NCBI GenBank assembly: GCA_965246885.1
Contig: OZ251992.1
Span: 1,120,001 to 1,184,000 of the forward strand
Source of the DNA: Abditibacterium sp.
GTDB lineage: Bacteria > Armatimonadota > Abditibacteriia > Abditibacteriales > Abditibacteriaceae
DNA: 64,000 nucleotides
Reading direction: 5' to 3'
Shown: piece by piece, positions 7,908 through 17,442 of the stretch
How the letters are laid out: each line of letters starts with the position of its first letter
Position numbering within the stretch: the first letter of the stretch is position 1
Notes under the pieces: model-generated
What the model was told of the DNA's origin: nothing
The model's input: only the letters and a program-made list of their open reading frames with translations
The model's database searches: none
Program-made: the position numbers and the translations under genes

Positions 7908-9611
7908 TTAGCCCACCGCGTACACCACCGTCGTCCCGTCCCGCGACTGCCCGGTATAGATGGGCCGCAAGCCCAACTCCCCCGCCGTCGAGTGTCCGCC
8001 CGCCAGTTGCCGCTCGAACGGCGACTCCACCACGAAGCCGATACGGTTGTCCCTCAAAAACGCGCGCGCCTCGCTCGGCGCCAGTTGGCCCGCGTAAAAG
8101 CGCGCTTCCACGCCCATCTTGCGGTTCACATGTAGCGTCTCGGCCCAGTGGCCCGTATACGTGAACAACCCCGTCGCGCGCGGAATATAAGAGCCAAGGA
8201 GCGGCGTACACAGCACTGCTTGCTCTTTGTGCCCCGCGCTGGCCTCGCGCAGCGCCAGTAATGCCCCCGCGTCCGCGTCCGACAGCGAGTAGGGCGGCAT
8301 CCAATACTGCAAACGGCTCACGTTGTTCTCGGCGAAGTTGGCGTACGTCCACAGCCAGAACATCAGGGGCGATAGCGTGAGCACCCCCACCACAAGCGGC
8401 GCCAACACCTTGCGAGCAGGCAGCGCCGCCAAACCCGCACCCGCGAACACCAGCAAGGGAATCTGCAACCCTTCCAGCATCTTGCGCGCGAACGAGAACA
8501 AGTAGATCGGCTCCATCTGTTGCCGGGGGTGGTTGACAAAGAGCGCTTCAAACAGGAGCGCCGGGTGCTTGGGCGCGTACACGCACAGCAACACGCTCGC
8601 GGCATAAAGCCATAGCCACAGCGAACTGCCCGCGACCCACTTCGTCCGGCGCCCCGCTATCGCCAGCAGCAAAAGCGGCGCGAACGTCGTCGCAATCGCC
8701 CAAATCACGGGCGGCGAGGTCGCGGTCAGCGCCTTGACGCGGAACTCCGGCGAGCCGCGAAACACAATCGCCTGATACGCGACGGGAATGAGTAGCCCCA
8801 TCACGACCGCCCCCACCACGCGCAACTTCTTCGGCGCCACTTCGCGCCGCGCCAATGCCCACCCCGCGCCCAACACGCACGTCAAGAGGAGCGGCAGGGC
8901 GTCGTAGGTGTGGATGTTGGCCAACACAAGCGCCGCCACGAACGCCTTTGCCGGCCCCCGGTTCTCCAAGAGGGCGCACAGTAGAAAGCACAGCAGGGCA
9001 AACGACGCGATATTGAGCGGGTAAATCAGCGCCGACAACAGCGCGAAGGCTTCGGGCACCGTCACGAAGCCCATCTGCGGATGGTCGAGGAAAATCACCT
9101 TGCCGATTAACCCCGGAAACGCGATATACAGCAAGCCACCGCCCGTCGTGAGAGTGGCGAGCGCGAGCGCCCCCAACCGCGCGTTTTCGCGTTCCGGCAA
9201 CCCGCCCGTCGCGGCGACGAGCAATTTATGCAACTGATGCACGAACAACCCCGCGAACGCGGCGCGCGCGATGTGATACCATACCACCACGTCCAGCCCC
9301 GTCAAGCGCGCCATCCAACCGACGGCAAGCGCGAACAAGTTGAAGAAAAGCGGGCGGTCGCGCGATACCAACCCTTCGGTCGTGAACAGGTCGCGGATGA
9401 ATAGCGCGCCGCCTTGCGCTTGTTTGGCCCACATCAGATGCACGTTCTGGTCATCGGCGGAAAAGAACAGTCCGCCCCACACCATTCCCGGCGGCGTAAT
9501 CAGCGCGCACCACAAGTAAGGCAGCGACACCAGCAACACGAACGCCACGAGCAGCGTCTGCCCCCAACGGATTTCGCGCTTGGATAAAGGAGGCGACAAA
9601 GGATCAGTCAT
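7908..9611 (-). CDS. Polytopic membrane protein, GT-C-like glycosyltransferase candidate
   Basis: More than 10 TM segments; acidic DD in the first loop (SADDQNVH), ANIHTYD, C-terminal YTGHWAET soluble domain. Confidence 0.6.
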   Translation of the reverse strand: MTDPLSPPLSKREIRWGQTLLVAFVLLVSLPYLWCALITPPGMVWGGLFFSADDQNVHLMWAKQAQGGALFIRDLFTTEGLVSRDRPLFFNLFALAVGWMARLTGLDVVVWYHIARAAFAGLFVHQLHKLLVAATGGLPERENARLGALALATLTTGGGLLYIAFPGLIGKVIFLDHPQMGFVTVPEAFALLSALIYPLNIASFALLCFLLCALLENRGPAKAFVAALVLANIHTYDALPLLLTCVLGAGWALARREVAPKKLRVVGAVVMGLLIPVAYQAIVFRGSPEFRVKALTATSPPVIWAIATTFAPLLLLAIAGRRTKWVAGSSLWLWLYAASVLLCVYAPKHPALLFEALFVNHPRQQMEPIYLFSFARKMLEGLQIPLLVFAGAGLAALPARKVLAPLVVGVLTLSPLMFWLWTYANFAENNVSRLQYWMPPYSLSDADAGALLALREASAGHKEQAVLCTPLLGSYIPRATGLFTYTGHWAETLHVNRKMGVEARFYAGQLAPSEARAFLRDNRIGFVVESPFERQLAGGHSTAGELGLRPIYTGQSRDGTTVVYAVG

Positions 9612-9682
9612 CGGGCGCAGTGTACGGGGGTTGTTTCTCCCGTAATATCCCCATTGCGCGCAAACTGTCGCCCACCAACATC

Positions 9683-10075
9683 ATGGCCCGCAAAAACACG
9701 CCCGAACCCGAAGACGCCGAAGACCTCCCGCCCGACTCCGACGACGAAACGCCCTCGCTCACGGTGCGCTTGGCGCGCGTGGTGCGCACGCCTTCCAGCG
9801 AGGTGTACCTGCTCTGGGAGGACGACGCGCGCGTGGGGCAAGTGGACTTGCACTTTGGCCCCGACCTAATTCACGCCACCTTGATACTTGAACGCGAACT
9901 CTCATCCGAGCAACAAGCGGACTTGGTTGACCAGATAGATCAGGAAATCGTGTCGTCGCACCTGCCGCGTTTTGGGCGCGAGGATTTTCTCGTCACGGTT
10001 TTTCAGGGCCGCGAATTGGAGCCATTCTCGGACGGCCCCGAAGACGATGACTTCGACGAAGACGACGAGTATTAA
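9683..10075 (+). CDS. Acidic hypothetical protein
   Basis: Coding-like codon usage; RTPSSEVY...GQVDLHF core with acidic termini. Confidence 0.7.
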   Translation: MARKNTPEPEDAEDLPPDSDDETPSLTVRLARVVRTPSSEVYLLWEDDARVGQVDLHFGPDLIHATLILERELSSEQQADLVDQIDQEIVSSHLPRFGREDFLVTVFQGRELEPFSDGPEDDDFDEDDEY

Positions 10076-10088
10076 AGACGACCACCGC

Positions 10089-10242
10089 CGTCTGTCACTG
10101 ATTCCCAGACGTCTGTCGCCGGATGACAGAGGTCTGTCGGCGAGCGGCGGACGTCGGTCACTGATTCCCGGATGTCTGTTGGCGAGTCCCGGATGTCTGT
10201 TGGCGAGTCCCGGATGTCTGTCATCCGGCGACAGACGTCTCC
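10089..10242. repeat. Intergenic 21-bp tandem array (7 units) of palindromic junctions plus 11-nt variable segments
   Basis: Units start at 10089, 10110, 10131, 10152, 10173, 10194 and 10215; 10107-10130 and 10217-10240 are a perfect 24-bp inverted pair. Confidence 0.9.
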
Positions 10243-10263
10243 CGTCTTCCTACACTCTCCTCT

Positions 10264-10818
10264 ATGTGGCCTTGGAGCAAGTCGAGCGAAGAAACGCCCG
10301 CCAACAAAAACGTGCGCGCCGATTTGCTGTGGAAGCAGGGCAACCGCTATCTCGCGCGCGACCGCATTGACCGCGCCCTCGCGTCCTTTGAGGAAGCCCT
10401 CGCCATCGAACCGACGCGCTTGGAAGGGCGCCTCAATCTGGGCGCCGCGCTTTACCTCGCCAAGCGCCCCGAAGAAGCCTTGCCGCATTTGCAATACGTG
10501 TTGGCACTAGAACCACAAAACACCGCCGCCCTGCTTAATATCGCGGCGGTGTATGATGCTCTGGGTCGCTTGGACGAGTCCGTCGCCGCCTTGGAATCTC
10601 TGGTCGGCTCGCGCCCCAAGTGGGCCGACGCCAACTATAACCTCGCCATCGCCTACGTCAAGCAAAAGCGCTACGACGACGCGACCCTCGCCCTGCGCCG
10701 CGAACTGGAACTCAACCCCAAACACGAAGCCGCGCGCACCCTGCTGAACGACGTGCATCTCAAGCCGCGCCCGCGCCCCGAAGCCAGTCCCCTCCCCGAC
10801 GGGGACGGCGCCCCATAA
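10264..10818 (+). CDS. Tetratricopeptide repeat protein
   Basis: About 4 TPRs (ALASFEEALAIEP, NLGAALY, ANYNLAIAY, ELELNPKH). Confidence 0.88.
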   Translation: MWPWSKSSEETPANKNVRADLLWKQGNRYLARDRIDRALASFEEALAIEPTRLEGRLNLGAALYLAKRPEEALPHLQYVLALEPQNTAALLNIAAVYDALGRLDESVAALESLVGSRPKWADANYNLAIAYVKQKRYDDATLALRRELELNPKHEAARTLLNDVHLKPRPRPEASPLPDGDGAP

Positions 10819-10927
10819 AGGCAACGCCCTGCGATTCGTATTAACACTCGCACTTGGGCGCCCGATGCTTTAACCTTTAACAGCGCTTTTCGTGTTTCGA
10901 CGCGAGGAACCGCTCTTTTTTCCGCCT

Positions 10928-12427
10928 ATGATCGCTCTTTTGCCGTTGGATGACCGGCCTTGTAACACGCGCTTTGTGGCGCAAATCGCGGCCATTGGCG
11001 CCGACACGCTCACTTTGCCCCCCGCCAAATCGCTGGGCCGCTTCAACGTCGCGGGCGACTTCGACGCCCTGCGCGACTGGCTCGAAGCCCTCCCGGAAGT
11101 GTCCGCACTCATTGTATCGGTGGACATGCTGGCCTATGGAGGCTTGGTCGCGTCGCGTAAGACGGTAACTGACCTCGCAACGGCGCTGGAGCGATTGGAG
11201 ATTTTGCGCGCGTGGCGCGCGAAGCGGCCCGATGTGCCGGTGTATGCGTTCAACGTCCTGATGAGGCTGGCAGTCACGATGGATTCGGACGAAGCCATCG
11301 CGCACTATTACAACGTGATGAAGTGGGCGCGCCTGAGCGACGAAGCGGTGCGCTTTCCGACCGACGCGAACCGGGCCGAGTTGGACGCGGTGCGGGCGCT
11401 CATACCCGACGCCATCGTCGCCTCGTACCTTGCCGCGCGCCGCCGCAACCATGAGGTCAACCTGCGCATGATTGACTGGCTCCATGAAGGAGTGTTCGAT
11501 TATTTGCTGGTAACTCAGGAGGATTGCACCGAGTTTGGCTTGCACCGCCGCGAGCAGGAGGAGCTACTTTCGCGCGCGTCGCAACTGGGCGCACGCGCCC
11601 AGTTTACCCTGCATCCGGGAGCCGATGAAGCCGCCTTGACGCTTCTGGCCCGTCATTGGAACGAGCATGTTTCCTTTTGTGTGACGTGGTCGAGCGAAGC
11701 GCGCAAGCGCGACATCGCCGTGTTTGAAGACGTGCCGTACGAGGATGCCCTCGCCTCGCACATCGCTGCGACGGGTGGACGCTTGGTGAGGTCGGGCGCC
11801 AAAGGCGAAGCGGCGGACGTGCATCTGTTTGTCAACGCGCCCGTCGGCGGTTCGCAAAAGGACGAGACCGAGGACTCCCGCGCCGCCCGTCGGAAGGAGT
11901 TTAGCGAGCAGTTTTTGCCCGCCCTGCGCGCCGCTTTGGACGCCGGGGAGCGCGTGGCGCTGTGCGATGTCGCCTTTCCCAACGGCGCCGATGAAACGTT
12001 GATGGGCGCGGTCGGCGCTCTTGAGGGCGACATTTGGGCGCGCTTGCTCGCGTATGGCGGTTGGAACACGGCGGGCAACACGACGGGCACCATCCTCGCG
12101 GGGTGCGCCGCCGTTGTGCGAGCCAAACGCGCGGGCGCCGACACGGACGCGCTCAACCGCGACTTTTTGTTCGAGCGCCTCCTCGACGACTGGTTTTATC
12201 AGGCCGACCTGCGCGCCCGCTTGGAAAAGCAGGCGCGCGCCGCCGGGTTTTCGCCGCTCAACATGAACGGTCACGCGGCTCAAATCGAGGAGTCCGCGCG
12301 CCACGAAATCAGTCGCTTCGCCCGCCAACTCGCGCGAACGGAGTTCGGGGCGCAGGTGTGTGACCTCGAAGTCGCCCTTCCTTGGAATCGCACTTTTGAA
12401 GTCAGCGTCGGAGCGCGGTTGGGGTGA
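10928..12427 (+). CDS. DUF4127 family protein
   Basis: LPLDDRPCN, VDMLAYGGLVASR, QED, PGADE, GWNTAGNTTG and LPWNRTFE motifs. Confidence 0.8.
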   Translation: MIALLPLDDRPCNTRFVAQIAAIGADTLTLPPAKSLGRFNVAGDFDALRDWLEALPEVSALIVSVDMLAYGGLVASRKTVTDLATALERLEILRAWRAKRPDVPVYAFNVLMRLAVTMDSDEAIAHYYNVMKWARLSDEAVRFPTDANRAELDAVRALIPDAIVASYLAARRRNHEVNLRMIDWLHEGVFDYLLVTQEDCTEFGLHRREQEELLSRASQLGARAQFTLHPGADEAALTLLARHWNEHVSFCVTWSSEARKRDIAVFEDVPYEDALASHIAATGGRLVRSGAKGEAADVHLFVNAPVGGSQKDETEDSRAARRKEFSEQFLPALRAALDAGERVALCDVAFPNGADETLMGAVGALEGDIWARLLAYGGWNTAGNTTGTILAGCAAVVRAKRAGADTDALNRDFLFERLLDDWFYQADLRARLEKQARAAGFSPLNMNGHAAQIEESARHEISRFARQLARTEFGAQVCDLEVALPWNRTFEVSVGARLG

Positions 12428-12450
12428 GGAGGGCGTAAACAGCCCCCGAA

Positions 12451-12843
12451 TCAACCGCGCGCTTCCATGAGCGCGATGAGTTGCTCGTTTTGCGCTTCTA
12501 GTTTGGCGTTGTGCGCCAAGATTTGCGTGTTGAAATCGGCAGGCGTGGCGCCCATGCCCAAGCGGGTGCGGGCGTGGTTGACGGCTTTGACGATCAAGAA
12601 GACCGCGAAGGCGATAATCAAGAACGAGAAGATGGTGTTGATGAAATGGCCGATAAGGAAAGGGCCAGCTTGGTAGGCGTCGAAGTTAACACCGGAGTTC
12701 TTTGTGGCGAGCGAGATGATGGGCGTGATCAAGTCTTTGACGAGCGCCTTCACGAGTTCGCCGAACGCGGCGCCGATGACAACCGCGACGGCAAGGTCTA
12801 CAACGTTGCCTTTGTTGATGAATTCTTGAAACTCTTTAATCAT
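12451..12843 (-). CDS. mscL: Large-conductance mechanosensitive channel
   Basis: MIKEFQEFINKGNVVDLAVAVVIGAAF...FLIIAFAVFLIVKAVN. Confidence 0.95.
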   Translation of the reverse strand: MIKEFQEFINKGNVVDLAVAVVIGAAFGELVKALVKDLITPIISLATKNSGVNFDAYQAGPFLIGHFINTIFSFLIIAFAVFLIVKAVNHARTRLGMGATPADFNTQILAHNAKLEAQNEQLIALMEARG

Positions 12844-12889
12844 GGTAGTGTATTCCCAGAGGGAACTCCTCCATTTTAGCGCATTACAT

Positions 12890-14509
12890 TTATTCCCTGC
12901 AGATAGTTTCTTGACGCTTAATCGCCGCGCCCACCAGCCCCGCAAACAAGGGATGGGCGCGCGTCGGGCGGCTTTTGAATTCGGGGTGGAACTGCGAGGC
13001 GATAAAGAACGGGTGGCCCGACAACTCGATGATCTCCGCCAAGCGCTTGTCGGGGCTGGTGCCCGAAATGGTCAACCCCGCCGCTTCGAGGGCGCGGTGG
13101 TAGCGCGGATTGACCTCGAAGCGGTGGCGGTGGCGCTCCAAGATGAGTGACTCACCGTAAATCTTCTCGGCGAGCGTGCCCGGAGCAATCGCGCAAGGAT
13201 AAGCGCCCAGCCGCATAGTGCCGCCTTTTTGGTCAACGGCGCGTTGCTCTTTGAGCATGGCGATGACGGGGTGCGGCGTGTCGGGGTCGAACTCCGTCGA
13301 GTGCGCGCCGTCCAAATTGGCGACGTTGCGCCCGAACTCAATGACCGCCGTTTGCAAGCCCAGACACAATCCCAAGAAGGGCAAGCCGTTCTCCCGCGCG
13401 TATTTGATGGCGGCGATTTTCCCCTCGACGCCGCGCTCTCCAAAGCCGCCGGGGACGATCAGGGCGTCGCAGTCGGCGAGTTCCGCCGCCATTTGGTCGG
13501 GGTGTTCGGCGTTGACCCACTTGATTTGCGCGCTTGCGTCATTGGCGAGGGCGCCGTGTTCGATGGACTCCACGACCGAAATATAGGTGTCGGGCTGCGC
13601 GGCGCCGCTCATATATTTGGCGCACAGCGCGATTTTGACGCGGTACTTGGGCGCTTCCAATGTCCGTTCGATGCGCGCCCATCCCTCCAAGTGCGGCGTT
13701 TCATCGTGCAATTCCAGCCGCTTCAGGACGCGGCTGGCGAAGCCTTGGCGCTCGAAAGTGGTGGGCAGATGGTAGATATGCTCGGCGTCCAAGCCCTCAA
13801 TGATGGAGCCGGGGGCGATGTCGCAAAAGAGGGCGATTTTCTCCTTCATCTCCTTGGAAAGCGGCTCGCGCGTGCGGCAGATGAGGATGTCGGGGGTAAT
13901 GCCGATGTTGCGTAGCTCACGGACGGAGTGCTGCGTCGGCTTGGTCTTCATCTCGTTCTTCGGGCCGACGAAAGGAATGAGGGTGACGTGGACATACATC
14001 ACGTTCTCGAAGCCCTCGTCCATCTTCATCTGGCGGATGGCTTCGGTAAAGGGCAGGGATTCGATGTCGCCGATGGTGCCGCCTATTTCGATGATGGCCA
14101 CGTCCGCGTCGTTTTCGAGGGCGTTGGCGCGGATGCGGTCTTTGATTTCGTCGGTGATGTGCGGGATGACTTGGACGGTGTTGCCCAAGTAGTCGCCGCG
14201 CCGCTCGCGCTCGATGACCGAGCGATACACGGCGCCAGTCGTCATATTGGAAAGCGGCCCCAAGTCTTGGTCAACGAAGCGTTCGTAGTGCCCCAAGTCG
14301 AGATCGGTTTCGGCGCCATCCTCGGTCACGAACACTTCGCCGTGCTGGTGGGGGTTCATCGTGCCCGCGTCCACGTTGAGGTAGGGGTCTATCTTTTGGA
14401 TGGAGATTTTGAGGCCGCGCGCTTTGAGGAGGGTGCCAAGGCAGGCCGTAGCGATGCCTTTGCCGATGGACGACACGACGCCGCCGGTCACGAAAACATA
14501 TTTGGTCAT
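12890..14509 (-). CDS. pyrG: CTP synthase
   Basis: KYVFVTGGVVSSIGKG, KTKPTQHSV, GLCLG, QFHPEF. Confidence 0.98.
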   Translation of the reverse strand: MTKYVFVTGGVVSSIGKGIATACLGTLLKARGLKISIQKIDPYLNVDAGTMNPHQHGEVFVTEDGAETDLDLGHYERFVDQDLGPLSNMTTGAVYRSVIERERRGDYLGNTVQVIPHITDEIKDRIRANALENDADVAIIEIGGTIGDIESLPFTEAIRQMKMDEGFENVMYVHVTLIPFVGPKNEMKTKPTQHSVRELRNIGITPDILICRTREPLSKEMKEKIALFCDIAPGSIIEGLDAEHIYHLPTTFERQGFASRVLKRLELHDETPHLEGWARIERTLEAPKYRVKIALCAKYMSGAAQPDTYISVVESIEHGALANDASAQIKWVNAEHPDQMAAELADCDALIVPGGFGERGVEGKIAAIKYARENGLPFLGLCLGLQTAVIEFGRNVANLDGAHSTEFDPDTPHPVIAMLKEQRAVDQKGGTMRLGAYPCAIAPGTLAEKIYGESLILERHRHRFEVNPRYHRALEAAGLTISGTSPDKRLAEIIELSGHPFFIASQFHPEFKSRPTRAHPLFAGLVGAAIKRQETICRE

Positions 14510-14578
14510 GGAAAAACTGGGAGGCGCAAGGCCCTTTGTATTTTACCAGCCGCCCCGGTCGCTACACTTGCCCCCCTC

Positions 14579-14908
14579 ATGGCAGACACCATTTTCGGGC
14601 GCATCGCGCGCGGCGAAGTGCCCGTGCAACTCGTGCATAAGGACGACATCTGCGTCGCGTTCAACGACCTGTCGCCCCAAGCGCCGGTTCACGTTCTTGT
14701 CATCCCGCGCGCCCCGTTCGCCAGCATCCTCGAAGCCGACGACGCCACCATCGGCCACGTCATGAACGTCGCCGCGCAGTTGGGTGAGCAGTTCTGCCCC
14801 GAAGGATTCCGCTTAGTGACGAACACCGGGCGCGACGGCGGCCAAAGCGTTTATCACTGGCATGTCCACATCCTCGGCGGACGCGAACTCGGCTGGCCAC
14901 CGGGCTGA
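14579..14908 (+). CDS. HIT family nucleotide hydrolase (HinT-like)
   Basis: MADTIFGRIARGEVP, PQAPVHVLVIP, GQSVYHWHVHILGGRELGWPPG histidine triad. Confidence 0.93.
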   Translation: MADTIFGRIARGEVPVQLVHKDDICVAFNDLSPQAPVHVLVIPRAPFASILEADDATIGHVMNVAAQLGEQFCPEGFRLVTNTGRDGGQSVYHWHVHILGGRELGWPPG

Positions 14909-16198
14909 ACTCGCGCCCACCAACCTTTGCGCGCGCCGGTCGCACTCGCGGGCGATTTGCGCGAAGTCGAGCGTCTCGAAGCGCCGCGCTCGCAGGAGAA
15001 AGCGCCCGCCGGCGAGGGTCGAGTGAACGTCGCCCGCGCCTGCGGCATAAACCAGCAGGGAGGTGATGTTGTGGCGCGGATAAAGGTGCGGCACGTCGAA
15101 GTCAACTAACACGCAGTCGGCGCGCTTGCCGACTTCGAGGCTGCCCGTCTCAGCGTCGAGTCCCAAGCAGCGCGCGCCTTCGATGGTCGCCATGCGCAGG
15201 GCTTGGAGGGCGGATACGGCGGTGGCGTCGCCTGTCGCGCCTTTGTGGAGGGTGGCCGCGAGGCGCATTTCTTCCCACAAGTCGAGGTTGTTGTTGCTCG
15301 CCGTGCCGTCGGGCGCAAGGCCAACGGGGATGCCGCGCCTTAAGTAGTCCGGGATGGGCGCGATGCCGGAGCCAAGTTTCAGGTTGGACTGCGGGTTGTG
15401 CGCGACGAAGAACGGGCGTTTTTCCATAATGTCGCGGTCGAGGGCGTTGGTATGAACGCAGTGCGCCGCGAGAAGCGGCCCTTGGAGGGCGCCAATGCGG
15501 TCGAGGGTTTGGATGGGCGACTGTCCCCACCCGGCGGTCACGTCTGCGACTTCGCGCTCGGTTTCCGATGCGTGCGTCGTGATGCGCGCGCCTTCTTCGC
15601 CCGCAATTTCGATTAGCTTGCCCCACTGCGCCGCGTCGCAGGTGTAAAGCGAGTGCGGCGCGAGGAAGGGCGTCACCAAGTCGTGCCCTCGAAAGTCGCG
15701 CACAAACTCGCGCGCGGCGCGGATTTTGTCGTCGGCGCCCGGCAAAAATCCGAGCAAGACCGCGCCGGGGCACATCCGCAGCCCACTTTCCAAGGCCGCT
15801 TCGACGCCGCGCCGCTCGTGGAAATACATATCGCAAAACGTCGTCGTACCGCCGCGAATCATCTCCGCGCACGCGAGGAGCGTTCCCCAAAGGACGTCGT
15901 CGCCCGTCAGGTTTGCCTCGAACGGCCATATCTTAGTTTGCAACCACTCTTCAAGGGGCAAGTCGTCGGCGTAGGAGCGCAGAAGCGTCATCCCGGCGTG
16001 CGTGTGGGTGTTGACCAGCCCCGGCATCGCCACTAAATGCGCGCTCTCTACCACCTCGTCCGCCGCGAAGTCGGGCGCGAGGGCGCGCGGCCCGACGTAC
16101 GTGAAGCGCCCGTCCGCAATATGAATGGCGGGGCTGTCGAGGGTTTGGAAGTCGGCGCCGCACCCAACGGCGACGAGCGGGAAGAGAGCGATTTTCAC
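14813..16198 (-). CDS. Amidohydrolase, MTA/SAH deaminase (MtaD)-like
   Basis: PGLVNTHTH, EMIRGGTTTFCDMY, HASET, AHCVH, HNPQSNLKLGSG, DGTASNNNLD. Confidence 0.88.
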   Translation of the reverse strand: MKIALFPLVAVGCGADFQTLDSPAIHIADGRFTYVGPRALAPDFAADEVVESAHLVAMPGLVNTHTHAGMTLLRSYADDLPLEEWLQTKIWPFEANLTGDDVLWGTLLACAEMIRGGTTTFCDMYFHERRGVEAALESGLRMCPGAVLLGFLPGADDKIRAAREFVRDFRGHDLVTPFLAPHSLYTCDAAQWGKLIEIAGEEGARITTHASETEREVADVTAGWGQSPIQTLDRIGALQGPLLAAHCVHTNALDRDIMEKRPFFVAHNPQSNLKLGSGIAPIPDYLRRGIPVGLAPDGTASNNNLDLWEEMRLAATLHKGATGDATAVSALQALRMATIEGARCLGLDAETGSLEVGKRADCVLVDFDVPHLYPRHNITSLLVYAAGAGDVHSTLAGGRFLLRARRFETLDFAQIARECDRRAQRLVGASSARWPAEFASAEDVDMPVINALAAVAPGVRH

Positions 16199-16258
16199 GG
16201 CGTGCCAGTGTGGGCGTTTCCTCTGCTCTTGAAAACCAGCAAACTGGGAGGCAACAAA

Positions 16259-17245
16259 ATGAACTTCTCCGATTTAGCGAGCAAAGCCCTGCGCGACGAA
16301 CCCCTTTCCCGCGACGAAGCGCGCGCCGTCCTGTGCGCGTCCGCCACCGACTTCGAGGCCGTGATGAGCGCGGCCTTGCAAGTGCGCGAAGCCCACTTCG
16401 GGCGCCGCGTCAAGCTCTGCTTGCTCCTCAATGCGCAGTCCGGCATCTGCCCTGAAGACTGCTCTTACTGCTCGCAGTCGAAGGTTTCCAAGGCGCCGGT
16501 CGAGAAATATCGCCTCTTGCCGTCCGAGGCCATTGTCGCCCGCGCGCAGGAAGCGGTCGAGGCGGGCGCGACGCGCTTTTGCATGGCTATCGCCGCGCGC
16601 GGCGCAACCGAGCGCGACATCACGCACATCGGCGACGCCGTCGCGCAAATCAAGGCCGACCCCCGCACGAGCCACCTCGAAATCTGCACCAGCTTGGGCC
16701 TGCTCAACGAGCAAAAGTGCCGCGACCTCAAAGCGGCGGGCGTGGATTACGTCAACCACAACCTCAACTCCGGCCCCAACTACTACCCCCGCATCTGCTC
16801 GACCCACACCTTCGCCGACCGCGTCGAAACCTTGCGCAACGTGCAAAGCGCCGGGTTGAATACCTGCGCGGGCGGGATAGTTGGCTTGGGCGAGAGCATA
16901 GACGATCTGCTGGACATGGCGTTCGCACTGCGCGAGTTGGGCGTGACTTCCATCCCCATCAACGTTTTGCTGCGCATCAAGGGCGTCTCGCTCGAAAACC
17001 AAGCGCCGGTTACTGGCCAACACGCCTTGCAAGCGATGTGTCTCATGCGCCTGACCAATCCCCGCGCCGAAGTGCGTGCGGCGGCGGGCCGCGAGAAATT
17101 GGGCGACTTGCAGCCACGCACCCTCTGGCCCGCCAACTCGCTGTTCGTGGACGGCTACCTCACCACCCCCGGAGAAAGCGCCGCGACCGTGCGCGCTTGG
17201 GTCGAGGGCGCGGGGTTTGAAGTGGAAACGCCCGTCGCCGCCTGA
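16259..17245 (+). CDS. bioB: Biotin synthase (radical SAM)
   Basis: CPEDCSYCSQS, NHNL, CAGGIVGLGE, AAGRE, ANSLFVDGYLTT; GGGAGG SD upstream. Confidence 0.95.
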   Translation: MNFSDLASKALRDEPLSRDEARAVLCASATDFEAVMSAALQVREAHFGRRVKLCLLLNAQSGICPEDCSYCSQSKVSKAPVEKYRLLPSEAIVARAQEAVEAGATRFCMAIAARGATERDITHIGDAVAQIKADPRTSHLEICTSLGLLNEQKCRDLKAAGVDYVNHNLNSGPNYYPRICSTHTFADRVETLRNVQSAGLNTCAGGIVGLGESIDDLLDMAFALRELGVTSIPINVLLRIKGVSLENQAPVTGQHALQAMCLMRLTNPRAEVRAAAGREKLGDLQPRTLWPANSLFVDGYLTTPGESAATVRAWVEGAGFEVETPVAA

Positions 17246-17251
17246 GCGCCC

Positions 17252-17440
17252 TCATCGGCGCCGCTCGTCCTCATCGTCGTCGAACATCGCCGCGTTGATT
17301 TGCCCCTGCACGTCGGCTTTCATCCTGTTGACTTTGCGGATGAAGCGGCCCGCTTGACGCGCCAAGTCCGGCAGCTTGTCCGGGCCGAACAAGACCAGCA
17401 CGATGACCATAATTACGAAGAGTTCGCCGGTTCCGGGCAT
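17252..17440 (-). CDS. Twin-arginine translocase TatA/TatB family subunit
   Basis: MPGTGELFVIMVIVLVLFGPDKLPDLARQAGRFIRK. Confidence 0.88.
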   Translation of the reverse strand: MPGTGELFVIMVIVLVLFGPDKLPDLARQAGRFIRKVNRMKADVQGQINAAMFDDDEDERRR

Positions 17441-17442
17441 GA

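Noticed and set aside
10089..10242. CRISPR array
   Set aside because: Repeat (~10 bp) and spacer (11 nt) are far too short, spacers recur, and there are no cas genes in the window
13928..14578. Long N-terminal extension of HIT
   Set aside because: Antisense to pyrG; the HIT domain starts at 14579
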